The notes under the pieces are model-generated. The model did not search any database, was not told the origin of the DNA, and was given only the letters and a program-made list of their open reading frames with translations. Positions 38,900 to 52,628 of a stretch of 64,000 nucleotides of DNA are shown in pieces. This DNA is from Ginglymostoma cirratum. Its lineage: Eukaryota. The stretch's first letter is position 1; the number at the start of each line of letters is the position of its first letter. Position numbers and translations under genes: made by a program. The stretch spans positions 15,454,097-15,518,096 of the forward strand of contig JAHRHZ010000021.1 in NCBI GenBank assembly GCA_024137785.1. Direction: 5' to 3'.

Positions 38900-39730
38900 G
38901 CAACAAGGGAAGGATGTACACTATAAATGGTATTGTGTACTCAAAGTACTGAGCAAAGGGACCTTGGTGTACAAGTCCATAGATCCCTGACAGGTAGACA
39001 AGGTGGTGAAGACAATGTTAGAGACTGCTTCCTTCTTTAGCTTGGGCTAATGATCAGAACAAGGAAATCTTGTTAGAAAACTTTTTTTAGGCCACAGATG
39101 GAAGAGAGTTCAGTTCTGGTCATCACACTGTTGGAACGACATAACCACACTGGAGAGGGTGCAGAGGAGATTTGCCAGGATGTTGTCTAGAATGAAAAGT
39201 CTCAGTTACGAGGAGAGATTGGGTAGGCTGTTTTTTGCTTTCCTTGGAGCAGAAAAGGCCGAGGTGGGGATCTGATTGAGATATACAAAATGATGTGAGA
39301 CACAGACAGTAGAGCGTGAGAATCTCATCCCCACAGCAGAGGTGTCTAAGACCAGGAGGCATAAGTTTAGAGGTGAGGAACAAGCGGTTTACAGGAGATC
39401 TGAAAGCATTTTGTTCCACCGAGGCTTGTAGAAATATGGAATGTGCTGCCTGAGAGGGTGGTGACAACAGATTCTCTTGCAAATTTAAGCAGCATCTGGA
39501 CATGTACTTAAAATACCAGGTTCCTCAATCCTGCACCAAAATTCAAGACGATCACGGCTGATTTGTTGTGTTTGGAATTCTACATTCCCATCTACCCTCT
39601 ACAAACTCCAAGTTACTTGGCTAACAAGACTACTTAAATTTACCGGAAGATTTTAAGTGGCCCACTTCCACCACCTCGTGAGATAAAATCAAAGCTGCAC
39701 AGTCCTCAATCTCTCCTCACCACTGTCCAA
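38900..39730 (+). mobile_element. CR1 LINE fragment (short minus-strand CR1 tail after about 39530)
   Basis: gaccttggtgtacaagtccatagatccctga, ggagagggtgcagaggagatttgccaggatgttg (ERVQRRFARML). Confidence 0.8.
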
Positions 39731-39931
39731 GTTTGGAGAGTTTTGGTGAATGTAAGGGGTTTTGCATGGGTCAAATGCATCTTTAGCAATTTTTTGCTTT
39801 TACCATTCCGGTTTATCACAAAGTGAAACACACATTTTTCACCTTTGTTTTAAATTTCAACTGAACAGTTTTATCAGGATTGTAGGAAAAGTACCGATGA
39901 ATATTGAACAAAATCAGTTTAAATTTCATAC

Positions 39932-40041
39932 CTGTAAGATTTGAAGACCAAAAGTGGGCTATTATACGGTCCAAAAGCAGCTGGCTTCAAATCAGTTTGT
40001 CTCGACTGTGCCAATACTATATCCAAATCCACAGGAATCTC
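39932..40041 (-). CDS. ZFC3H1: ZFC3H1 exon 16 (110 nt, phase 0/2)
   Basis: tcttctacag|GAGATT ... TACAG|gtatga; EIPVDLDIVLAQSRQTDLKPAAFGPYNSPLLVFKSYR. Confidence 0.95.
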
Positions 40042-40829
40042 CTGTAGAAGACATCATTTTATCAATAAGTACAACCAGAAGTATCCTGAAAACACACGGC
40101 ACTGAGTTCAAGAGATATTCAGAACGAAAAAAGTTTACTTGTAACTTAAAGTACCACGATAGAGTTAACACATCTAATGAATGTTAATTTTGAGCCAAAA
40201 ATCAATAACCTTCCCAAAGAAAGTGCCATTACGCTGATTATAAATGTCACTGCATGATTATTTCCTATCAGAATTCTTGTTCAAATCAGCAATACCACTA
40301 GTGATGTAAATTTCCAGTTTACCTAGATTTTCATGTTTAGTTTTTTAACAATTCATATCCACAAATACCGCTGCAACTGCATAAATACCAAATTAGAAGG
40401 CAATCCTCAACAGCAAACTTCTCATTAACAGGCACCAATGGGACCAGGCATGTACCAGTTGATCAAATGGTCCAAATAATCAATGTAAAGACACACTAAT
40501 AGGAATGTAATGCCTGGGGTATAAACATCCCTTATACATTATTTACAACATAAGCCAATAATAATGCAACTTTGCCAGCCGACAGCCATCTCACTCACCC
40601 CCTCAGCAGACTACTTGGATGTTGCAGATATTATGACACTACAGTGAACGTGTGGTATTTGAGGCATATAATTTTTGCTGGTTTATCAAAACAGCCAGTT
40701 CAGGGGTTGCTGTACAGAACAGATGTAAACAAAACATTTTCTAAAATACTAGCATATGTTGTAAACCATGGTGACTTTGTATTCTTGCCAGGTTTTCTAC
40801 TGGACATGTTGTGAACTTTAGCATTTGAT

Positions 40830-42505
40830 GATAGCAGTGCCGTAGAGCTCGACGGCATCAAAAACATACTTGGTCCAACTCTTCCATGCCGACCTGATAT
40901 CCGAAATTAATCTAGTCCCATTTGCCAGCATTTGGCCCATATTCCTCAACCCTTCTTATTTATATACACGCCCAGATGCCTTTTAAATGTTGTATTTGTA
41001 CCAGCTTCCACTACTTCCTCTGGCAACTTATTCCTTATGCGATAATGCAGAAGTTGAACTTATTAACGGTCCCATATTTATACTTGAACAAACTTACTGT
41101 CTTGGGGAAGCTAGCTTCGAATCCTAAAAATTTTTATTTAAAAGTCTAAATAAACATGCAAGGAATATCCAGACCATGATATAATGTTTGATCAGAAGGC
41201 AACACAAGCCGACTTGAGTTCCATCACTAAATCTTCTCCACAGTAAAAACGGACAGGAAATATTTGTTTGGTATCTTACCCATTTCCTTTGGTTCCACTC
41301 TTAGCTGATCTCGTTTATCTTTAAGAGACCCTATTCTCTCCCAAGTTACACTTTTCCTCAATATATTTGTAGCATCTCTTTGGATTCTCTTTAACCCTAT
41401 TTGCCAAAGCTTTCGCATGTCCCCTTTTTTGCCCTCGAGTTTTCTCTAAGTATACGCCTACTGCCCTTATACTGTTCTAGGGATTCACTCGATCAAAACT
41501 GTCTATACCTGATATACATATCCTTCATTTCCTTAACGATCCTCAATTTTTCCAGTCATCCAGCATTCCCTACACCTTCCAGCCTTGCCCTTTGCACTGA
41601 TAGCAACATACTCCAAACTCTTGTGATCTCCTTTCTCAGTCTCCCACCTTCCAACTGTCCCTTTACATGCGAACAGCCTTCCCCAATCAACTTTTGAAAG
41701 TTCTTGCCTAATACTTTCAAAATTGATCTTCGTTCAATTCAGAATTTAACTTTTGGATCAGGTCGATTCTTTTCCATAACTATTTTAAAACTAACAATTA
41801 TAATCACTGGCCCCAAAGTGCTCCCCAAGTGATACCTAAGTCACTTCCCCAGTCTTATTTCCCAACGGAAGGTCAAGTTCTGTTCCTTCTCTAGTCAGTA
41901 CATCCACACACTGAAAACAGCGTATTGAATATAAGAGAGTTGGGACGTCATGTCCCAGCTGCACGAGACATTGGTCAGGCCACTTTTAGAATACTGCATT
42001 CAATTCTGGTCTCTGCTATAAGAAAGATGTTGTTAAACTTGAAAGGGGTCAGAAAAGATTTACAAGGATGTTGCTGGGATTGGAGGTTTGAGTTATAAGG
42101 AGAGGCTGAATAGGCTGGGGCTTTTTTCCCTGGAACATCAGAGCCTCTGGGGTGCCTTTAAAGAGGTTTATGAAATCACGAGGGCATGGATAGAGTGAAT
42201 AACCATGGTCTTTTTCCCCAGGGTAGGGGAGTCCAAACTAGGGGGCATAGGTTTAAAGTGAGGGGAACAATTTAAAAGGAACCTAAAGGACATTTTCACA
42301 CAGGTGGTGGTGTGTGTACAGAATACACTGCCAAAGGAAGTGGTGGAGGCTAATACAATTACAACATTTAAAAGCCATCTGGATGGATACACAAGGAGGA
42401 TTTAGAGGGATAGGGATCAAATGCTGGCAAATGGGAGTAGATTAATTCAGGATATCTGGTCAGCGTACACAAGTTGGTATGTTTTTGTGCTGTATAACTG
42501 TCTAG
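40830..42505. mobile_element. CR1 cluster: minus 3' end (40830-41040), minus ORF2 piece (41230-41915), plus 3' end (41916-42505)
   Basis: IGSLKDKRDQLRVEPKEMGKIPNKYFLSVFTVE (minus); ttggtcaggccacttttagaatactgc..gaaaagatttacaaggatgttg (plus). Confidence 0.85.
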
Positions 42506-42719
42506 GTAGCATTTCTCTTGCCAATTATAGATTGTACGTTCAGCATAGTCATTCAAGCAGTAATGTGCCATTTTACAACTTGATTGACAGAGAAAAAGAA
42601 TCAAATTTACAATTACTAACACTCATTAGCCTCAGATTGCTGGATAGTATTCGCACCTTCCAAATCAAAGTTCAGAGTTCAATTTTCACACTAGAGATGC
42701 AAGGATAAAGACCTATTGA

Positions 42720-43020
42720 ACTCATCATTGCTCAAGGTGTTGAGTTTCAGACAAGACATTAAATCAAACCTCTGACAGGCAGACATTAAAGATCACAAGG
42801 TATGAATAATTTTAAGAGCAGATACATGACTCAGCCATTATTTAACGGTCAATCAACATCTACAGCAAATTATCTGGTCATTATAAAATTATTTAAGGGA
42901 CCTTGCTGCGCGCAGATCGGGTGTTAGATTCCCCAAGTTACAACAGTGACTAATGGCAATAAAATACTTGGGATGTCTTGTGTTTATGAAAGGAACTATG
43001 TAAAATAAAAGTTTTTCTTT
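42720..43020 (+). mobile_element. DeuSINE (SacSINE1-like) fragment
   Basis: tcaatcaacatc..aaattatctggtcattat..gggaccttgctgcgcgca..ttacaacagtgact. Confidence 0.7.
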
Positions 43021-43136
43021 TCACTTATGTCATTATTATTAATTTGCAAAGGAAGATAAAATTTACTGATGAGCTTCCTAAAATTGCAGTTTTTTGCATT
43101 ATTTCAAGTTACAGACATCAATTCCATTCTACTAAC

Positions 43137-43691
43137 CTGGCCATACACAGGTTTCTCTTTGGAAGACACTGATAGTGAAGTTTTCTGAAGCAATGTTTTC
43201 AAGTCATCAGCCTCTCCATGAAGCTTTTTGAGATCATCAATATTGAGCCCAAGAAAAAGCTCAGGTTCGTCAAAGCTTTTCTTCATAGGCTTGCTTAAAG
43301 TTTCTTTCCCCTGGCTTAGATCTTTGTGCTTGAGATTTGGCTTAGTAAAAGAGTTTGATTCTCGGAATGACCTCCTTCGTTCCCTTAGAGATGGAGACTG
43401 CACTTCATCTTCTGCATCATTTTCTTCAGTGTCAAGAACAAGTTTATCCTGTGTAAGGTCATGCAGAGAAGGCTGGGACACCACAAATGCATGCTCTTCC
43501 TCTATCCCTTGCAAATCAGGTTGCCCGGCATTCCTTAAGGCCTGTGCCTCCTTCAGTTTTTGAATCTTCAGCCGATACTCATATTCAAGTTGCTGCAAAC
43601 GTTTTTTCTCCATAGCTATATATTCAGCAGATTGTTTCTTTAAGATTGCCACACGTTTAGATGAGCCATCCAACCGGATATTCTTGTTAGC
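43137..43691 (-). CDS. ZFC3H1: ZFC3H1 exon 15 (555 nt, phase 0/0)
   Basis: tactttcag|GCTAAC ... GGCCAG|gttagt; AMEKKRLQQLEYEYRLKIQKLKEA...QPSLHDLTQDKLVLDTEEND...RERRRSFRESNSFTKPNLKH. Confidence 0.96.
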
Positions 43692-44264
43692 CTGAAAGTA
43701 AGTTATTTTAAAAATCAAATACTAATCATGGTAAGGCAGCATTTAAAAATTATTTAAGTGTGAAAGGTTTAACAGAATAATTTGGCCCTCATGTCAGAAA
43801 TGCAAAAAACGTAATCCCTTTCAAAATAATAAATACCAAACAAAAACCTTGAGGAAATAGTTACTTGTTCTAAACCACATTAATTTTCATTTGATAGTAT
43901 TCAAGAACAGTAGACAAAATATTTCAGGGCATATCATAGCCATCTGGAAGAATGAATTAGACCTTTACACTCAGGCCACATCATAACGCAGCTGGAGTAA
44001 AGAATTAGATCTTTAGGCTAACACTGCCTATTAACTTTTGCATGACAGAGCAAAACAATATTTTAACTTCGATTAAAACCAAAAACAAACGTTAAATATA
44101 GAGAAGACACAAGACAACCAAGTACTGATGCAGTATTTAGGGTTTCCTCTTGTTTGTGATATTACTCAAAAAAATCTTACAGCAGATTTAGTGACAAAGT
44201 GCAAGACATATTTCAGCTGTATTACACATTGCATCCATTTATTATGCATTTGTAAGATCAAAAT

Positions 44265-46635
44265 TCATTGAGGAAGATTCTATAAAAAGGATGCATCAGC
44301 CATGGCTAACTAAGGAAGCTAAAGTTGGTATCAAAGGACAGATGTCCAATGCTGCCAGATTTAACGATTGCTAGAAGACAGACACTTTAGAAACTAGTAG
44401 ATGGAAGAGGAGAAATTGAGGAAGAATTGCAAGTATGAGAAAAGTGAGAATACAAACAGCCAATAAAATTTTCTGTACAGATTTTAAAAAAGCAGCCTAA
44501 TGAAGCACTGATCCACTACAAGTCAAAAATATGGAAAATTAATATTAGGAAACAAGTAACTTGCAGATCTTTGATCAAGTGTTTTGTATCTGACTTCAGG
44601 AGTCAAAGGCCAAAAAGCAACCCAAAAACTGTCAAGAAAAGCAAATGGAGGAACTTAAAAACAAACAACAGAAAAACATACCAGGAAACCTGATGGGAGT
44701 AAACTGACAAGACCTCTGGACCTGACAAACTGCATCTAGGGTACGTAAGTGACGTGAAGGTGCCGGACTGAGTTGGACAAGGTCAAAAATCACAACACCA
44801 GGTTATAGTCTAACAGGTTTATTTGAAAACACGAGTTATCGGATGCAGTGGCTGTAATCTTTCAAATTCCCTAGATTCAGTAAAGGTGCCAGTGGATTGT
44901 AAAACTGCAAATCTAATACAGCCCTCTCGGAAGGAGAGAAAAAGCAGGAAAAAAAAGTTAGTCTGACACGATAGGAAAAATGCTATAAACCATTGAGGAT
45001 TGAGAAACAGGATACTTAAAATCCCAATAGAATTGAGCAGAGCCAAAACAACATGGTTTCTGACAAATTTGAATGTTTGAGAATGGACAGTGAATAAGGG
45101 GAAATCAAACTAGATCTGTACCGTACATTTCTTCAACAGACAAGATAACGTTCCATGATATTTGGCACGATATATAAACAGAGAACCGGCTTACTGAGAG
45201 AAAACAGTTGTGGGAAAAGATGGGCAGATTTCAGGTTGGCGAACTGCAACTAGCAGATTGCCACAGAATCAGTACTGTGGCATAAACTATTCATCTTTTT
45301 AATGACTTGGATGAGGGGACCATTTGCACTATGCTTGCTGGGGGTTTGTTTAATTGAGTTTTATGAAGGCATGAGGCAGAAGCTGGGTGGGTTGACTTGG
45401 GAAATTATATTCGAAAGGCACATCCATAGTCAAACACAGGACAGTCTTTGGCTGAACAGCAACTATATTTCTTCAAAGTGCACAAACTCAAGCAAGTTCA
45501 GTCAAGTTAAGGACTGTGGAAGATTAAAATGAAAAAAGGTTCAGAAGTCAGAGTCACAGAGGTCCACAACACAGAGCAAAGGTCTTCAGCTCATCAAATC
45601 TGCACCAGTCAAAAACAAGCACCTATTTTCCAGCACTTGGCCCACAGCCTTGTAACCACTGTGCACATTTACATGCTCGTTAAATTTTACGATGATTTCT
45701 GCCTCTACCACTTTTACAGGCAGCAAGTTCCAGACTTCCACCACCATTGATGAAAAATGATTCTCTCACATCACTTCTTTCCCTGACCTTAAACCTAGGC
45801 TCCCATGCAATTGATCCCTCCATCAAGGGGAAAAGTTCCTTCTTGTCTACCCTATCTATGGCCCGCATAATTGTATACATTTCATGTCACAGCTCGGTGT
45901 TCTCTGCTCCAAGAAAAGTAGTATCTAATCTTACTTCATAACTGAAACTGTCCAAAAATAGTCATAGTCATAAATCTGAGGACTGGCAAGTTTTTAGAAT
46001 ATAAAGAGGACCTAGAAACTGATAGAGGAAAAGTATAATGCAAAACCAATATAGCAAAAAACAAAAATTGACTAGAAGCATCCATAGGTGCTTAACGAAA
46101 AAGTATTTGGTGAAGATGAATGCAGGTTCATTCAACACAGTCAGAAGGATTTATAATGGAAATTGGGAAATGGCCAAAAACTTATGACAACTGTCTTTTT
46201 TCAACACGTAATATATACAAGAAAATCTCCCAGAATTAGACGTCCAAGTGACCAGACAGAATAAGAAGCTGAAGTGAATTAACAGTACTAAACTAGTCAG
46301 ACTGGAGCAATTAGTGGGGCTGAAAGTTGATAAATCCCCAAGACCTCAGTCTACATTCCAGAATGTTGAATGTGTTGCTACGGAGATGTGTTGCATGCGA
46401 ATCATATCCTGAAAGTCCTGTAGATCCTGGAATGATTTCCACAGACGAGAAGCTTGAAAATGCCACCCCACTATTTAACAATGGTGCAAGGGATAAAACA
46501 GGGACACAGACCTATCAGTTTAACAAACTGGCTTAGTTATCTTTTGAGTATGTTGCTAATAAAATTATTGGAGACCTGGTGGATGTGGTGTATCTAAATT
46601 TGGTGATAAGGAGCCCCCACAGGAAGTTACTCATG
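44265..46635. mobile_element. Degenerate CR1 ORF2 fragments (plus 44265-45320, minus 45545-45950, plus 45955-46635)
   Basis: ccatggctaactaaggaag (PWLTKE), cctctggacctgac..ctgcatc, aaatgccaccccactattta, gtggatgtggtgtatct (VDVVYL). Confidence 0.7.
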
Positions 46636-46835
46636 CCTGCTCTGGCTTTGAGATTTCAGATTCCCAGCAGCAGAATGCTTTAAAACTGCTCTTTGAAATG
46701 GCCAAGCAAACCTAGTTGTTGTATTCAAGTGGGCTAAGTATCACCTTACATTCTTAAGGGAAGTTAGGGATTGGAAATACATAGACTAGTCAGCCAAATC
46801 CACATTCTGTGAGTTCTTTCAAATAGTCAACTTAC

Positions 46836-46964
46836 AACAAATGAATCTTGTTCACGTTTACGTTTGCCCACTTCTTGACTAGCAACCGCTTTTGCTCTTG
46901 CAAATTCTTCATATCTTACTGATAAATTCTTTTTAACCTGTATTCGATGTTTTACTTTATGGAT
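46836..46964 (-). CDS. ZFC3H1: ZFC3H1 exon 14 (129 nt, phase 0/0)
   Basis: ttgccccttag|ATCCAT ... TTTGTT|gtaagt; IHKVKHRIQVKKNLSVRYEEFARAKAVASQEVGKRKREQDSFV. Confidence 0.94.
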
Positions 46965-48119
46965 CTAAGGGGCAAGAAAGAAAATTGGTCATTGTCAAAA
47001 CAGTTAATATTGCTTAAATGTGAGAGCTGGTCCAATGTAAAACTGCAATGCACTAAACATGAAAAAATTCATTTAAGACTTGTTACACAAATCTTTTTCA
47101 AACCCCACCATGGCAGTAAGGAACTACCTCTTCAGTAAGATCAAATCAGGTGAGATTAATCTTTTTCTGCTTATTTTACAATTCAGATAAATGTCTCCAT
47201 TCAGTTAGAAAAAACCTGGTTGTGTTATACGATTCCAGAACAAAAGCCAAGAAATTAGTAGACATTCAAACTACTGCTTCACCATTCAAAAAGATTAATG
47301 TAATTCTGATCAGATTGTGTTACTATAGTTTGTTGCCTGCCTTCGAACCTTGACTTTCCTGCAAAACTCTATCCAACTCAGCTTAAATGCATTCAATTAT
47401 CAAAAGCCTTCACTGCTCCAAGGAAGAGAATTCCAAACATAATTTCTCAAAAGTAATTCTTCCTCATCTCAATCTTAAGTGGGAAAATATTTTCATGTTG
47501 TGTCCTTAGCTTCTATCTTTCCCGACGAGGAGAAACATCCTCACAATCATCACTAAAAGTGCTGATCACCTCAGAGTTTGTATACGAACTACCTGCTACA
47601 TCTTCCTGCATTAACAAGGACTGTATTTCCAAATTACTTAGTTGTAGAAGTACATTAAGGCATTTCAAAATGACATGTGCCATTCCCATGAGAAGAATGG
47701 AAGGTGTCTTACGCATATCCTATATGCTACAAAAAGGAGAGAATTAATTAGCTTTTCATTTTCAGTTTCTTTCCTCAAAATATAAGTCTTGCTGGAGTAT
47801 ACTTCAAGGGGACCATCGTTCTCAATTCCCTCCAAACTGTGACATGGAAACACTAGTAGGCAAAGTAAAAGGAGTGCATGACAGTGGAACAATTTTGACT
47901 ACACCCATATTCCAACAGAGGCATTTCAGCACAGAAACTATGAGAAGATTTAACTCCCATCCTCTTGCCCAGACCCAGGTCGAAGACTAACTGCACTATT
48001 TCCCAATCAAGAATAACTGCTTTTTTAAAAATGGACCAACTTAACTTACAGAATAAAACTATTCTCCACTAGGAACTGTTCAGAGAATGGAAATTTCCAA
48101 CAGAATTTATGTTGCCTAC

Positions 48120-48294
48120 CTGTTCTTGAAGCTTTTTAAGAAGCATTCTGTTCGCATTCACAATCTTTTCAGCTGCCTGCAACTGTTCTTTGTGCTTCAT
48201 ATATTTGGCTTCAGCTTGACGCAGTGCTTCTTTCTTCTTTGCTTCTTGTTGTAACAAATTTGATAGAAGAGATTCATCTTTTGTCAAGAGGAAA
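48120..48294 (-). CDS. ZFC3H1: ZFC3H1 exon 13 (175 nt, phase 2/0), coiled coil
   Basis: attttag|TTTCCT ... GAACAG|gtaggc; FLLTKDESLLSNLLQQEAKKKE...NRMLLKKLQEQ. Confidence 0.95.
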
Positions 48295-49173
48295 CTAAAA
48301 TAAAAGCAAAATCAAAATCTTACACAAGTTGATTTTTAAATGATTAACACCAAAGCAGTAGAGTGGATATTGTGTGCTTTTAATACCTGTAAGAGAAAAC
48401 AGTAAACGTTGGCATAAATTCAAGTTATTACCATAGGTACAACCTACATAATTAATAAATCTCAAATAAACTTCATAATGTGGGTTTCGGTTTTCTGTGT
48501 CAAGGACGCCATACTTTGCTAACGAAAAGTGCAGTAGCTACTCAAAAGGTAATAAAGAAAAAATAGATGGAGAGACGTCCCATTGTAGGCAGTTGTATTT
48601 TGAAAATTGAGGCATAAATAATCTTGCTTGAATTTTCCTTTCCTATTCTGACACTTGTGTCAAAGTGAAACCCAAAATATTTGATGCTCTGCAACTGTTT
48701 TCAGTATGAGAAACAAATGAATGATGCTAGTTATTAACACAACAGCATAAGATATTTGGGGACCATACCCAAAAAAAGCATTTTATATCAGGTATCAAAT
48801 TGGGAAGGTGGCACTCATTTTGGTTCAAACTGAACTGATGGTTGCCAGAGATCTTTAACAGAGATCCTTGGAAACCACAAATGATTATTGTCAGCTTACT
48901 GATTCAAGTTGCTGCATAAGAACCTGAACAGAAAACCTTTTCAGGTGGATAAAAATCCCAAGCAACTACTTTAGGAAAAATCGAATCGGCTCATAGTGTC
49001 TTAAGACAACAATTACCCAATTGGAAAAATAGCTGGTCTGGTCAGTCTGAGGATGTCAGGTAGACTGCCGTGATACGAAAGTTTATCAATAAGACAAATT
49101 TGTCCAACACTCCTTACTGATGTTCAGACAAAAGAAAGTTCACTTAAAACTATTAAGCACAACCAAAACTTAC

Positions 49174-49320
49174 TTGTGTTTTCTGAGTCTGTCTTCAACA
49201 TCTGACAGTTGTTTACTAACCACTGTTCTTTTTCCAATAGCATTTACTTCAGCATCTGAGCAAACCAGTGACGGACTAGCCCTTGACAAATCCGACTTCA
49301 GCAGTCGCTGTTTCTCACGA
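49174..49320 (-). CDS. ZFC3H1: ZFC3H1 exon 12 (147 nt, phase 2/2)
   Basis: tttttttcag|TCGTGA ... CACAA|gtaagt; REKQRLLKSDLSRASPSLVCSDAEVNAIGKRTVVSKQLSDVEDRLRKH. Confidence 0.94.
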
Positions 49321-49688
49321 CTGAAAAAAAATTAAGCCAAGCCAATGAGTACAACGGCACTGGGCTAAGCACTGAACTTAATTAACATTATTTTGACAGA
49401 CGACAGTCCTCTCACGCTCCATTCATGCTTGGCAGTAAACAAACAGAACAAGCTTCGTGCTTATTACAAGTTTGCAGTCACAAGATTCAAGCGATATTAC
49501 TCAGAACCAGCCACGCTCTCTGGTATTCCTCCATTCAATCAACACCATCACTGAAGTGAAGACACATTTAGCTTACAGTAACTACTTTGAATCATTTAAG
49601 AATTGGGTGAGGAAAGTTCATAGCACCAAATGACTATTAAAATTAACAAAAGCAAATAAAATTATCAAAAAACAAACTGAACATTTAC

Positions 49689-49807
49689 CTGATATTTTCT
49701 TCCTTTAAAAGTCTATTTTCCTTTTTCGCCCCCTCGGAAGGTCCATCTTTGGTTCCAGCAGGATCATTTTCCTTTTCTGCTTTTAGTTTTGGCTTCGGTT
49801 TTGAGGC
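49689..49807 (-). CDS. ZFC3H1: ZFC3H1 exon 11 (119 nt, phase 0/2)
   Basis: ctttgtctgaag|GCCTCA ... ATCAG|gtaaat; ASKPKPKLKAEKENDP...ENRLLKEENI. Confidence 0.92.
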
Positions 49808-50984
49808 CTTCAGACAAAGAAAGTTTTCAGCCTTGATCCACAGCGCAAAAGACAAAGAATATCCGTACTCAAAAATGAAACTGACACTTTTAAAATGAGC
49901 ATTAATAATCAATGAAATACTACAGCAAACTGGAGCTCCTCCAGTCTACCATGAATCTCAAAAGCAGATCTTCTATCAAGGCATTAATTTTGAATATTAC
50001 AATGCACGATGGTGGAATCAGAAAAGACTCTTCTCTCATCGGGTTGGTTACAAAAATTAAGGACCTTCAACTGCCCCTTTGCAAGTATCTGCAAAACTCA
50101 TTTCTTTTGTTATTTCCAAGATCTCTGGGCTACTGTTTTACACAGTGAGTATCCCCTGCATAAAAAGTGAGGGCTGACCCTTTCAGCTTGAAACCACACT
50201 ACATGCAGAGATTCCGATATCCTCAAATAGTCAAGTGAAAAGTCTGTAAGGATGTTAGATAAGTTTGGGGCCTTCTCTACCAGTAGTATCGCAGGGTGCC
50301 TCGCAATAAGGTGGCACACAAAATTACTGGGCAATTGATTCATCCGACTAGTCCAGGTCATAACTATATCAAAAGGTTTTGGGTATAGCTCCATATAAAA
50401 AATGCTGACTGTATACCCAGCAATAAATGCAAAAAGTAGGTCAGACAGACACTGTGAAGAGAAACGGAAGAGTTAATTCAGGACAACAACCTTTCTTTGT
50501 AATCTCAAAACATTCTGTTTCTCTCCCAAACACATTCAATGTGTTTATTTTGGATTTTCAGCATTTGCAATAATTTGATTGTGCAGACTCAGTTCTATCT
50601 GCATGCTTTCAGATTAAAGACATTTTTAGTCAACCTGTTCTACTTACATTTTGTGGTGTCCACCTTTCTAGCTTAAATTTGCCATGTCAATTATACCAAA
50701 TCTGCTAGTTGGTGATGCTGTAGTGCATCTGTCAAATTGACACACATTTTCCCTTCATGGCGAGTTTGATAAATGGGAGGTAAGTTACATCCATGGGGCC
50801 TAATGCAAACTCCCTCTGCCCTGTAACGCCACTGCCAGAAGACTCCAAGTATAACACTGAGAAAGTGCTTTAGTAAAATTTTTTAAAAATCAAGTTAATG
50901 TTAACACTAAATATAATCTATGACTTTTACTATTCTATTTACAAATTTAAAGAACACAAGTACATTAGCCATGGATCAGGAATC

Positions 50985-51190
50985 ATTCAGCATTATTTTG
51001 ATAAGCACAGGATCCTAATGAAATTCCATCCCTCAATCTACAATACAAACAGATTGCGTCACAATAGTACTGTCTGTTGTGGGATCTTGCTGTGTGGATT
51101 GGTTGCTGCACTTCCTATGCAAATGACTGCACGTTGAATATTTAATCTGCTGTAAAGCACCCTGGGTCTTGACAAGGAACCCTGATGGAA
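50985..51190 (+). mobile_element. DeuSINE fragment
   Basis: atccctcaatc..gtctgttgtgggatcttgctgtgtg..ttggttgctgc..gctgtaaagcac. Confidence 0.6.
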
Positions 51191-51242
51191 TACAACACTG
51201 TACAAGAATGTTATAATTATGTACGACCAAGTTTTTGCACAC

Positions 51243-51380
51243 CTCTGCAGATCTTCTGGCTTCTCGAATCATGGACTCCAAACCTCCAAAGACACCTACA
51301 TTTAAATTGGATTGTTCATTATCTGACTCACTATCATCAGAGTCATCCAGTCTCACAACTACAGCTTTGTGCCTTGGAAT
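51243..51380 (-). CDS. ZFC3H1: ZFC3H1 exon 10 (138 nt, phase 0/0)
   Basis: tttgcag|ATTCCA ... GCAGAG|gtgtgc; IPRHKAVVVRLDDSDDSESD...FGGLESMIREARRSAE. Confidence 0.95.
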
Positions 51381-52628
51381 CTGCAAATTTTAACAAAAAC
51401 CAAAAAAACAATGAAAACAGGGAAAAGGGAAGACCAGGTCACAATACCCCAAACATTTACATGTGATTTCAGAAAGATTTGCAAACTACACTTGATTCCA
51501 TAAAACTCCCAGGAATGCAACTTTCAGCCAAACATTTTGCAAAAATTAGGCCAAGAAACATAAGAGTAAAAGAGTAAATCTTCCAGTTAGCAAGAACAGC
51601 AAGACTAGGGACCAATGTAAAATACCCAAGAAATCAAATAAAAACTGCAAAGATATTTCTTTCTGCAGAGTAGTGAGAATATGGAACACTCTACCACAAG
51701 AATTGCAAGAAAGTATACAAGAGGAAGAAGGGCACAGAAAGGGTGCATTGGTGACGTTAGACAAGGAAGAAAGGGAAGGAACTCAAGCGGAGAACAAACA
51801 CTTGAAGGTGCATGTTGCTGCATTACATATTCAATGTAATTTCCTGCCTTCAGAAAAGCTGCGAAATCTTTAGTACGTATACCCATATGTTGACAAGTAC
51901 CAGCAGGGTGGACTTCTAAATGAAAACATGAAAACTATTCCACCAAAATCTACATTTTAAAAAAGGCACACAGAAGATATATTTTCTAACAACCTGCATG
52001 AGCTTGGTTATTTTGTTTCAAAGTTTTCTGAAACTTTCAATTCACCATCTGATAAGTTTGTTGCATTGAAATAACCGAGTGTTTGAACCCAAAGGTATTT
52101 TGCTAAAGGTGGCATTGTTTCCATTTAGATGTTTACCTCTGTGCAAGGTTATAGTGGCCACTTTTACAAGTTCCAATACAATTGAAACATTTGCGTGGAA
52201 AAGTAATCCTATTTTGTACTTAAATTTACCCATTCTAAGTAATAAATCAAATGATTAATGTTTCATTATCAATTATTCAGTTAAGTTGTCAATTAAATAA
52301 CATTCTTACATTTACTGTTAAGATATTTCGAAAATATAGCATTGAAAGGAAACAGTCAATCCACAAACTGAATACACCATCACAATTGTACAGAACAGAA
52401 AAACCACATTAATGAATAGAAGGTATCACTAAAATGAAGAACAATTAAAAAGGTCTTCTACTCAATTTTGAAAAAGGTTTACTTCATTGCTAAATTTTAA
52501 ATTCAATCTTCATGTTGTGTTCTCCAGAAATTTCTGGAACTCTTTTCTCCCTACAATTTTTCACATCTAAAACAAAGGCTACATATCTGAAATAAAACAC
52601 AGATCACGCTGCCAAACAAAATGCTTAC

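Noticed and set aside
41230-42505. Twin-priming 5'-inverted CR1 insertion
   Set aside because: The inverted piece (pre-RT) and the sense piece (post-RT) are far apart on the element and I found no TSD. Two independent insertions explain it equally well.
43228-43563. 111-aa plus-strand ORF (also 58329-58517 and 31221-31454)
   Set aside because: These are antisense shadows of ZFC3H1 exons, caused by codon bias in E/K-rich coding sequence.
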